Origin: Entomortierella parvispora E1425
Taxonomy: Eukaryota > Fungi > Mortierellomycota
Assembly: GCA_020891255.1 (NCBI GenBank)
Contig: BQFW01000004.1
Span: forward strand, 248,001 to 312,000
DNA length: 64,000 nucleotides
Direction: 5' to 3'
Positions 11,666 through 22,968 of this stretch are shown here, piece after piece; positions within the stretch are counted from its first letter, which is position 1; each line of letters starts with the position of its first letter. Under the pieces are notes generated by a model. That model ran no database searches. It was not told the origin of the DNA and saw only the letters and a program-made list of their open reading frames with translations. The translations under genes were made by a program, and so were the position numbers.

Positions 11666-12962
11666 CTAGAAACTCTTTCTTTCCCCTCTTGTTTCTTTTT
11701 CTCTTTGGGCATGAGCATGCATGTATTCGAGATAAAAAAAAAAGGTCGAGCTTACCTGTTTTGAGCCGGAGCCTTGGAAGGGAGTAGAGGGCATGGGTAT
11801 GAGCTTTGTTGAGGGAAGATGGGCCGTGTGTTGGGAAGAAGCAACGGGCACCTGCGACTCTGTCTTTGTTGTCGTGATCGCCTCGTTCTTGAAGGACACC
11901 TGGGGCAAGGGCTCTTTTCGCTTGGATTTCTGTACAGAGGAGGGGGTTGTCGTAGTACTCGCTTGTGAAGGCAAAGACGAGACTCTTGGGCTGTGTTTGA
12001 TCGGTAGAGTGGTTGTCACTGGTGTCGCTGGTGCACGCAAGGTGGTCAAAGACGGTGAAGGGGACAATGACTGTTGGTTAGGTGTTGTTGAAGCAGAGGT
12101 AGGGGGACTGGTGTGAAGGACCCAGACCTCCTGAGACGCCTCTACGTTGGACAGACTAGGGAAGGACCGCTGCAAGACTGCGCGAATGGTATATTTGATC
12201 TTTGCGTGAGGGCTGTAGCTGCTCGACGGCAAAAGTGATATTTTTCCCGTGAACGTCGAAGTCAACGCCAAGGCCGCTGAAGAGATCACCGGCGTGGCTG
12301 TTGACCGAGCAGAAGAAGTCGAGGTAGTCGGAGACGCTGTCGAGGAAGTGAGTGTGGAGTTGGAGACGAGGATGGGCAGAGAGGAGCTGGAGGCGGAAGC
12401 GCTCGCTGCTAGTGAAGAGAGATTACTTGAAGCGGGTGAAGAGGAGGTCGATGAGGTGCTGTCCATGGACGATCGGATCCTGTCTGCTGGGTGCAGGAGT
12501 GGCACCTCGAAGGACTGTTCGTAATTGCCTGCGGCAACGATGGATCCGTTGGGTTTGGTGTGCACGAGGGGAAAGGCCCAGGTCTGGTACCCAAAGACCT
12601 CCTTTGACTGGTGGCGGACAGTTTTTTTGTTTTCCTGCACTACTCCACAACAAACAAACAAACAAAAAACAGGGCGAGTGTTAATATTACGTGTTGATCT
12701 CCTGGGGCTGATCATCGTTGGTGGCACCATGATTCCCATGATTACCTGTCCAATGAGACTCGATCCAGGCTTCGTAGATGATCTGGATATCTCGCCCCTT
12801 GCAGTCATAGTTGGATGCGAAGCGGACAGTGCCTTTAATGGCCCCGATGGATTCTGGTGTCGATCCGTATACAAGGGGCATGCCATGGGGTCCAACATGA
12901 TCCGTGTCGATATGAATGGTGAGTGACTTTTGCTTTGATGGGTCCTGTTTCTGTGCGCGCAT
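11666..12962 (-). CDS. Arrestin N-terminal-domain protein with S/T-rich low-complexity insert and tail (3' end uncertain)
   Basis: Exon 1 (12962-12746): SLTIHID...IKGTVRFASNYDCKGRDIQIIYEAWIESHW. Exon 2: FGYQTWAFPL, AGNYEQSFEVPL and LPSSSYSPHAKIKYTIRAVLQR, typical of arrestin-N. A possible further donor lies at 11755. Confidence 0.7.
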
Positions 12963-14084
12963 GGTGGTAGGGTATGAGAGGTGCTTATAGTGGTAGAATG
13001 AGAGGAAAGAAAGGAAAAGAGCAATTGAAGACGATCTATACAAGTGAAGAGTAAGGGGTGCAGAAAAACAAGGAGAGATCGATGGTTGAAGGCCGAAAAA
13101 GTCGAGCAAACAGAAATAGCGGATCGATCTCCAGCTTCCCCGTGTATTTATACAAACCGGGGCATCAGCCAGAAAACAGGCAGGTAAGACCCCTGAACCA
13201 AAATGAATGAGCCAAGCAAGACATCCGTCCAATGGGTTCGGGTTCTCGTGTCTTTAGTCCACCCTCTTTTATTCAACTGTCCTGACTGTGCTTCATTCCC
13301 TCCCTCTCTATCGACGTGCGACCTACGTGGGACAACCAGGGAAGAATATCCGTCCATGGCAACTCAGGACAATGCATTGGCCCTTCTCTTGCACCACCAG
13401 TTCCTGAAGCAGCGCAGAAAGTGCAAGAGACCCTGTGCACAAATGAAACCTATGAATGCCAAGAAAACACAGAGGTACCTGAAATGTGCCAAGAAAACAT
13501 CAAACAGAAAATTTTGAAAGAGCGAGAGTCCTCGAAAGAATTCCCCCCTGGAATAGCTACGGCACAGACAGTACATGGTCGCCATGTGTCCTCTTGGCAG
13601 CTTCCATGATCCGTCCCAGATGCTAGCATGTTCACCTACGGCAGAGCATGCACAACCGTGCTCCCTCGTCTCTCTCTGTCTCTCTCTCTTTCTCTTTCTC
13701 TCTCTCTCCCCTCATCCCCCGGACACACAACACATCTAATGACACCGTGGGGAGGGTGAGACCCACCCATTATTTTCCTGGCGCCTGAAATAAATCTAGC
13801 CGTGGGGCTCTCAGCTGTTTTTCTCAGGGTGCATCCAGTGTGCACTTTGAGCATGAGAGCATCATCCCCTCTCCGGAAGTCAAGGGTGTAGATGCAGTCC
13901 GGTGTGGTCGGTACTTACAAATGCCGGCCGACCAAGATGACCTGCATCATATCCCCGCACCACATGCAAATCACATACAGAGAACGTTTGCTTGGCACAA
14001 ACGACTCGTCGTCTGCAAAGACAAAAAAAGCGCAAAGGGGAGCAAAGCCCGGATATAGTGTATATTTTTCTTGGTCCTTCATGT

Positions 14085-16729
14085 CTAAAGCTTGGCCGCA
14101 GGAGTACAGGCTCGCAGATCGTCATACATGACCTTGATCTGGTCCGCAAAGTGGTCCTTGACCTGTGGACGACGGACTTTGAGCGTTGGCGTCAACAGTC
14201 CGTTGTCGATTGAAAACATGTCCATAGACAGGTGAACCTTCTTCACAAACTCAAACCCACGAAGGCTACCAGCCTTGCCTGCTTTCTCCAGCTCCTTCAA
14301 GAATGCATCAATGACTTTGGGATCTTTGCAGAGCACAGCCACGTCCGAGGTCGACCCTCCGGTGATCGCAGTAGCAAAGGGAACAAAGGTCTCAGGCTCA
14401 GGGATGGCGATGGCTACCAAAGTGCTCTCAAGGGATTCGCCATGGACAAAGAGCTGGGCGACCAAATTGCAGCGGGCCGACAACACGTTCTCAATCTTTT
14501 CCGGGGCGACATATTCTCCTTGAGCCAACTATCATCGTTGTAAATATGAAAAAAAAAATAAAGTCGATTAGCTTCTTGTTTTCTCCTTTGGACGCGTAAT
14601 CTGTGCATTCCGCCCTAGTGGACGGCCCCATACCTTAAAGATATTCTTCTTGCGGTCAATGATGGTGAAGCATCCGCGGTTATCCACGAATCCAATGTCA
14701 CCTGTATGAAGCCAGTTTTCGGAATCGAGGGCTTCTTTGGTCTTTTCCTCATCTTTGAAGTATCCTGTAAAGATGTGGGGTCCACGAAGACAAATCTCGC
14801 CACGGGGGAAGGGCTTATCGTTTGAGGTATAGTTCATCTCCGGGACATCTACCAACTTGACATCGCATCCGCAGCGAGGAGCACCAACATGGCCAGGGAT
14901 AAACTCTCTACATAGGTGGAAGAAAAAGGGATTAGGACCCCATTCACAAAAACACGTATTCTCATGAGCCAGGTACTTACTCTGGTAGCGTGAGCATTGC
15001 GGTTCCCATGCTCTCAGTCGATCCATATCCCTCCAAGACTACACATCCAAAAGCGATCCTCAAAAAGTTGAGCACCTCCTTTGCAATTGGAGCGGATCCG
15101 GTCACGATCACCTGGACATTACCCCCAAGGGCCATCTTGACCTTGTTGAAAAGCAAACGATCCCAAAGTGGGTGATGGATGCCTTTGCCTGCCTCGAGGT
15201 TCGCCATCTTTGCAGCCACCGCCTTGCGCGCCAGCGCTCCCACCAGTCCAGGGGCTTCGATCGTTGCCGCCACCAATTTGGCGTAAATCTTGTTCAACAG
15301 ACGAGGGACTGCGGGGAAGAAAGTTGGCTTGAGTTCAACAACATCATCCAAGAGCGTCAAAATGTCGCCTCGGAAGTAGCCAATGCGTGACCCAGCGTAC
15401 ATTGACAGAGAGTCCAAGTATCTTCCCATGCTGATGGAGTGGCATCCAAAACAAACGCCGGTGGAAAGAGGCAGGCAGTTGTGTTAGTTGTGATCTCTTC
15501 AAAATGCATTCTTTTTATGATAATGGTCAAGACTTACATATGAGCCAAGGGCAAGAAGCTGATCATAGTATCATTAGGGCCCAGTACAATACTCTCGACA
15601 TTGGTGCTGACAGCGGCGATGAAGTTCTTGTGGGTGAGTTGGGCGCCTTTCTATGGAAGCAATGAAATAAGGTTCTGGCGGCTTAGTTCCCATTATTACT
15701 GGCGCGGGACATTGTGGGGACCGGGGCAACGTATTTTTTTTTGCACTTACAGGTTGGCCAGTGGTACCGCTGGTATAGCAGAGCGACGCAACTTCCTCCT
15801 CCCGAGGAGGGCTGGGTTTGCGAGGATGCGCTGCTCCAAGAGCTTCCATCTCCAAAAAGTCGTACACCTTGATTCCTTTCTCGGCCCCCCAAGCTCGAAG
15901 AAGTGCTGGCGCACTGGAGGCTCCTGGAATGGCCATGGCAGGATCATCGCGAAGCGAGTCCATGCTGATGATGGCTCGCAGGCTGGGAAGCTTGGCCGAG
16001 TTTTGCAACAGGGTCGCAATATGGTTGGAGCTGCAGACAACCATCTGGATCTCGGCATGGTTGATCACATACTCGACAGCATCGGGTCCAAGGGTATCGT
16101 AAAGTGGGACCGAGACCAAATTGTTGTAGTTGCAGCTGATTTCAGAGATGCTCCATTCAGGTCTGTTGGTGGACCAGATACCAAGGGACCAACGGTTCAA
16201 CTGCGAATGGCCGAGAATAGCTTGGTTCAAGTGCATCAGTCCCGATCCAAAGTCATTCACACGCTTGTGGATCTGTTCGAATGTCTGCCAAACGTATCCA
16301 TCGTGCTTTTTAGTTACACGGTTGTAGGGTCGATGTCCGAGGAATTCCTTCTTGCCATATTTTTTGACCGCTAGTTTTTTTTTGTGGCAAAGGGTAGAAA
16401 GGTGAGTGAGAATGTTAGACATTGTTCATCGCAGCCAGGGGTCCTTAGAGGTTACTGGCCAGAAACTTACAATTCTCAAACATGTCATAGAGGGTTTTGA
16501 CATGAGGGGCTTCGCGAATATGGTCGATCAGACCATCCTGAAAAGCAGAGTGCCGGTAGTGACCTGAAGCAAAGTAGTCAGTAAGGAGATCGCGTATAAT
16601 CCCACAGCGAACAAAACGGGCAATCGAAAAAAGATAGAGTTATAGGGAATTACCAGTGGCGCCAGCAGTACGGGTGCCAGGAAGCTCGATACTTTGTTGC
16701 TCGAGGTTGAACTTGATAAAAGTAGGCAT
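14085..16729 (-). CDS. Long-chain acyl-CoA synthetase, copy A (7 exons; C-terminal PTS1 -AKL)
   Basis: AMP-binding motifs [58 protein letters not shown] and [10 protein letters not shown]. Six GT-AG introns were reconstructed in frame. Confidence 0.93.
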
Positions 16730-17395
16730 GTTGCTGCTAAAAGAGGTTGGGGTGGGATGGACGATAGAGGGTGGAGGGGTGAAAAGTGTGGGGAAATAAA
16801 GCCGCGGGAGTTGAACCAAAGGAATGAAATGGAATGAGAGGGCGGTGATGGGAATGAATGGGCAATGAAGGAGATGAGATGAAGGTAAAGAGGAGAAAGA
16901 GAGAGAGAGAGAGAAGAACGAGAAGACCAAAAGAAAAAAAGAGTACGGTAGGTGAAATTATCTATTGCATGCAATGCGGGGAAGAACAGGCCCAACCAAC
17001 CATTCCCAACGACAAAACGATGTCTAGCTGCTGCTGCTTGCCTGACGGAGACAGTGCAGCTTCGATCGATCACTTCTTGACTGCACTCCCCACGGCATGG
17101 TCGCACAAGCAGTGGAGGCACACAATTGGAGTCGAGTCCGTTCCGTGTCGTTTCAAAGTTTGCTCGGCCCGGAGGCAGTTGGAAAGGGTCTTTGACAACA
17201 GTAAATGCCTGCTGGGCATTGTTTGCCGGGGAAATAAATTTGTCAATGGGATCTTCTCTCTCTCTGATCATGGCGTCCATCCATGCTTGTTTGTTACGCC
17301 GTGCATTGGGCACCCCTTTTTTTACTCTTTTGTTTTCACAGCTCAAGTCAGGGTCCCAGGGGATCGAGATGGGTAGTTCCAGAAATCAGTTTATT

Positions 17396-20190
17396 TTACA
17401 ACTTGGCAACAGTGGTCGTGCGATGAATATCCTCATACATGGCCTGAATCTTGTCCGAGAAGTACTCGCGGACTTGAGGGCGACGGACCTTGGAGGTGGG
17501 GGTCATCATGTCATTCTCGACCGAGAACATGTCTGTGGAGAGGTGCACGCGCTTGACAAACTCGAATCCACGCAGTTTACCGGCCTTGCCGGCCTTCTCC
17601 AGCTCTACCATGACCGCAGCATTGACCTTGGGATCGTCGATCAGCCTCTTATAACCTGCTCGATCGGCCAGGGTGACTTGGGTTCCGGCCACAGCGTTGG
17701 CAAATGGCAAGAATGTCTCTGGATCGGGGATGACTACCGCGACCAACGTAGACTCAAGGGAATCACCGTGGACATAGATCTGCATGATCAGCTTACAACG
17801 AGCTGTCAGGGTATTTTCAATCTTTTCTGGTGCAATGTACTCTCCTTGCGCCAGCTATTAAAAAGGAATCAAGAAGCGCACAGCTTTAAGACAGGGGTTT
17901 TTTTCCAAGGAGGAAGAAGAGGCGAGAGAGAGAGCATCGCTTACCTTGAAGATGTTCTTTTTGCGATCAATAATGGTGAAGCATCCACGGTTGTCTACAA
18001 AACCAATATCGCCTGTTGCCAACCAACCATTCTCATCAAGGGTCTCACGAGTGTTCTTCTCGTCCTTGTAATAGCCCTTGAAGATCATTGCACCTCGGAT
18101 CTGGATCTCTCCACGAGGGAAGGGCTTGTCTGTGCTGAAATAGTTCATGGCTGGTACATCAACAAGTCTGATCTCGCATCCAGCGCGAGGACAGCCCACA
18201 TGTCCAGGGATATATTCACTAAAAGAGAGAAGATGGCAAGATGAATTATGGTCAGAATTGGCTTTGCGGGAAAGAAAAGAAGGTTGAAGCACCCATGTTT
18301 GACCGAAAAAACGAAACATACTCAGCCATAGTAACGGTGGCAGTGGCCAAACCTTCGGTCGATCCGTAGCCCTCCAGCACAGAGCAGCCGAAGCAAACTC
18401 TCAAAAAGTTGAGCACCTCTTTCGCAATAGGCGCCGATCCCGTCAGCAAGACTTGGACGCGACCTCCCAGGACCATCTTGACCTTGTTAAAGATCAATCG
18501 GTCCCACAGAGGGTGATCCACACCCTTGCCTGCTTCCAAGTTGGCCAACTTAACTTCCACACCTTTGCGGGCCAAGGCACCAGTCAATCCGGGAGCATCA
18601 ATCGTAGCTGCTACCAAGCGAGCATAGAGTCGGTTGAGGAGTCGAGGGACGGCCGAGAAATAAGTGGGCTTGAGTTCAGCGACATCGTCCATCAAGGTCA
18701 AGATGTCACCCTTAAAGTAACCAATCTTGCAACCCGAGAAGGACGCACTCGTTTCACTTAGACGGCCCATGATATGCGCTAATGGCAAATAACTATTGGG
18801 AGCATAGCAAAATAAAAGGTTAGCGGCTTTTCTGTCAATTCAGCCTGAATGCTTTTCCTGATGGCTCTAGACGGGTATCGCCCCCGAGTGAGTGCAGCAC
18901 AGTACCTGATGGTTACGTCGCCGGGTCCAAGGCGCATACCCTCTCGATTGGTGCCTACGGCAGCAATGAAGTTGCGATGTGTCAACATGACGCCCTTGGG
19001 TTGACCAGTGGTGCCACTGGTGTAACAAAGCGAGGCCACATCGTCCGGCTTTGGGGGAATGTGCTTGCGTGGGAATGCCCGTCCGAGAGCCTCGACCTCA
19101 TAAAAGTCGTAGATCTTGATGCCTTTCTCGGCACCCCAGGCGCGAAGAACCTCGGCGGCATTTGCAGTTCCAGGCAGCGTGGCAGGGTTAGTAAAGGAGT
19201 CCATGGAAACGATGGCCTTGAGCGTGGGCAATTTGTGCGAGTTTTGAAGAAGAGTGGCGATATGGTTGGCTAATTGATTGCAAAAAAAAGATATGATCAT
19301 GATCTCCTTTGTTAGGTCGTTGTTGCTCTGCAAAGTAAGGTGGGCAAGCACCTCCAGTTCAATGGACTCACCACTGCAAGAGACCATACGAACTTCGGCG
19401 TGGTTGATCACATATTCAACAGCATCCGGCCCAAGCGAGTCGTAGAGAGGAACCGAGATGTTGTTGTAATAGTTGCAGCTCATTTCCGAGACAAACCATT
19501 CCGGGCGTCCCAGGGACCAGATTCCGAGCGACCAGCGATCGAGTTGGTCGCTGCCGAGCACGACCTCGTTGATATGCATCAGACCGCTTCCGAACTCATT
19601 GATCCGTTGGCGAATCTGTGCATAGGTTTCCCAGGTGTATCTGCCATAGGTCTTTGTCACTGGGTCGTAGGAGCGTCGACCGAGGAACTCCAGTTCCGAG
19701 TGCTTGGAGGCGGCTAATGAACAAGGTGTGGGAAAGGGGAGGACAGGGATCAAAGCAGACACAATATGAGCGTTTTGTTCTGCTGTGGGCGCGATTCGGC
19801 TGGCAACTTTTTTCTTCTTTGCGTCCATCTATGCAGGGCGCGGCTCACTTTTTTTTTTTTTTTTTTCCTCGGATCATTTCCTTCTGTTTTTGCCGTGCGG
19901 AGAAGAGGGGGTGCATGCACAAAGGGATCACTTACAGGTCTCAAAGAGATCGTACAGGGTCTTCACATGGGGCGCCTCACGGATGTGGTCGACCAGGCCA
20001 CCCACAAAGGCGGAGTGGCGGTAGTGTCCTACGAAAAGTCCATTCAAGGGTCAGCTTCAAAAGAGCAGGAGGAAGCAGTCCGGGACGTCTCATGAGTGAC
20101 TGGAGTGTTACCTGTGGCGCCTTCAGAGCGGGTGCCTGGAACTTCGATACTCTGCTTCTCGAGATTGTTGATCTTGAAGAAGGTTGGCAT
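17396..20190 (-). CDS. Long-chain acyl-CoA synthetase, copy B (7 exons; C-terminal PTS1 -AKL)
   Basis: Same motifs as copy A ([50 protein letters not shown]). The N-terminus MPTFFKINNLEKQSIEVPGTR is paralogous to copy A. Confidence 0.93.
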
Positions 20191-20364
20191 TCTGTGCTAA
20201 TGAGAAACCGAATGGATGGACGGCGTGCCTGTTGTTGTTGTTGTTGTCGTTGTTGGGGAATGGAGAGTGGTGCGGGGGATAAAGTACAGAGACAATGAAG
20301 AGAGGAGATGGGGTGAATGAGATGGCGAGAAAGAGAGACAATGTCCGCTCTTTTTGGCAACGGT

Positions 20365-20371
20365 CTTTATA
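20365..20371 (-). promoter_or_regulatory. Putative TATA box of acyl-CoA synthetase copy B
   Basis: TATAAAG on the minus strand about 175 bp upstream of the ATG at 20190, followed by a CT-rich leader. Confidence 0.4.
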
Positions 20372-22968
20372 CAGCGTTGTGCGCTTCTGCGGGTCACGTT
20401 CGACCGGTTGCGGTTGCATTGCGTGTGGAGAGCGCACTCTGTTGGGGTTATCGTTGACGACTGAAAGCAATTGGAGCGGAAAGGCAAAGGGTAAAGCTGC
20501 CCGTCCCTTGAGGCCAATGGGAGATCCGCCGGGGATAAATAGCAGCCGGCGCAACCGATTTAACCTACCTGGGCTGGTGTGACCATGGTCTTTTAAGTAT
20601 CTTTTTTGTCTCCCTTACTGCCAGATCGGACGGCGACCAGCGCCATTGGCCCACAGCCGGCGTGTGGGCACAGCGAAGAATCACAATTTCAACAATGGCA
20701 CTTTTGCGACGGATGGACCTACCCAACAACCTAGGGTATAGCAATTGCTCTTTCGGGCAGTTCCCTGTCATAGGCACACGCACCAAAAACGACCACGGTG
20801 TCTCCATAGTGGGTATTTCCATAGCAAACATTTTGTCCATGACTATGGTGAACCATGCCCCTGGGGTGGGCTCCTCCTTGTTCCGTTCTCTCGCGACGAG
20901 GCTGGGTCACACAAGCTAACATGGCTGGTTGCATTTACAATGAAAAGGGGTAAAACCACGCAAGGTAAAAGGGGGAGGGGATGAAGAGGGGCGGGCATTG
21001 TGGGCACTGATCTGAGTGTCCCTCTTGCTTGCAGCGCTGGCTTTGGCTCGCTCCCCCAATCTCAATCCTGCCTGTGTGTTTTCCCTCTCGATGGGATTGG
21101 TTCGCAGTTCATTCGCAGGAACAAACAGCAATAGTCGCCCAATATGTGGGTGGACGCGTTGAGGACAAAAAAGGAAAGCAAAGCACAAATATAGACGAAA
21201 GCGGTGGCATTCGTTGAACGTGATTTTCTCGCGTAGTTTGCGCCGACTGCCCTTCCCTTCTTCCTCTACTAGAAGCCATCGAGCTATCCAAAGAGACCAA
21301 GTAAGGTGGCTCAAGATCGGAAGAGCATCGGGACAACACACCTATTGAAGACTGATCAGGTTGATCAATTGAGAATCCAAACAAATAGGGCATGGCCTGT
21401 CCACGGCAAGAAGGACAGGGCATTCCAGCAGCAACAAGCACACCCTGTCTCCTCTTCCGAGGTCAAATTGATATTGGAATATTTGTCCTCCCCTTCTTCC
21501 TTCGTCCCTTCCCTTCCCTTTCCTTCCCTTCCCTTCTTTCCACTCCTTTCCAGCTTTCGTGACATCGATCTCGAACAATGTTGTCCCTGTCTCCTCCCTG
21601 CGGTTTGCATTTGGTCAGTTGTTTTCATTTCGCTTGGGCGCACTGGTGTCGACTCCCGTCCCACTCATACCCTGGGCGTTGCCAGAAGAGAAGCCAAAGG
21701 CGATTAAATACCATTCTCGTTTTCGCTCCTTTTTCCTTCTTCGTATTGACCTTCACTTTCTCATACATTTTGTTTCGCCCAGCGCCTTTATCTACTTCCA
21801 TTTGAGCAGACCACCCAATCCCTCACTCTTTTTTGCCCTCCAGCGACCGTAAAACCTACTCTCTTGCGCCTCAACCGAGGGCAAGCAAGGACCTCTGATT
21901 GATCGCCGACTACCCGAAGCAATCCCACCATGACATTGCTTGGGACCGTGTTGGACATACTCAGTCTCTTTGCTTCATTCATACGCAGCTCAGCCTATTC
22001 TCGATCCACATTCTTCCCTTTCCAACCGACGACTCAGCAACCGTCCCTGCGCCGAAAGCACAGATCTCCTCCCCCATCCCAGTCCTCTCCCTTCCTTGCA
22101 CACGCGTGCCACATCACCCATTGACGTTTGCCAATCGCTACTTTCCCTTGTGCTCCTTTGCTGCCTGCCATACCACGCCCTTTTGATTTTAATACGCGAA
22201 ATTGACGGCAACTTTCAAGAAACCCTTCAACAGACAAACAGAGCTCCAGCTGTATCGATAGATCGTTCACGACACCTTACCTGGCCCCTTGCAGTCAATC
22301 CAGCGCACCACTCAGCATCTCTCCATCCACCCTGCACTTTCCTACCCTGCCCGGTTTTTTTCCCTCCTCCACTCAGCATCATCCCCATCTCTTGTACCTC
22401 TGACCCGACTCTCCCTTTGTTCTTTTCCAGACTCCCCTTCCCCCCCTTGAACCTCCTTGCCCGTCCCTCTTAGCCCTTTTCAGATCAGGAGAGTAAAGCT
22501 GCATCTTTCTCTTGGACTGGATTGTCCATCATCCGACTGTTGTTAATTGTTCCATCACTCTAGTCCATCTTTCCGCCCTCTCCTTCTCAAGCGCGAGGGA
22601 AGCACGTTTTTCTTCTCTCGCTCTTTCTTTCTTTCTCTCATTCTCTCCACTGTCCCTCACCCCGTTCGTTATTCACTTGACTTGTTTTCTTTTCTTTTTC
22701 TTCTATCCTCCAATCCCTCCCTGCAACGACAGTCCTCCCCAATTTTGACGCCCCAAGCACCCCAAGCACCCCTTTCAAACCGTGAACCCATAAGGTCACT
22801 CTTCCCATCCAACACACGACAGCCCCTCTGCAACAAGCAATCAGGGCAACCTCCTAAACTCCTGCTCAACCCCTGTCCGTCACCTTGTTTTTTTTCCTTC
22901 TTATTTTCTTTTTTTTTTTTTTTTTGCTTGATTGATACGCCTGTGGCGTGTCTTCCATCGACCCAAGC

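Noticed and set aside
17126-18244. 372-aa plus-strand ORF, and similar antisense ORFs at 15601, 58768 and 35534
   Set aside because: Antisense shadows of real genes, caused by codon bias.
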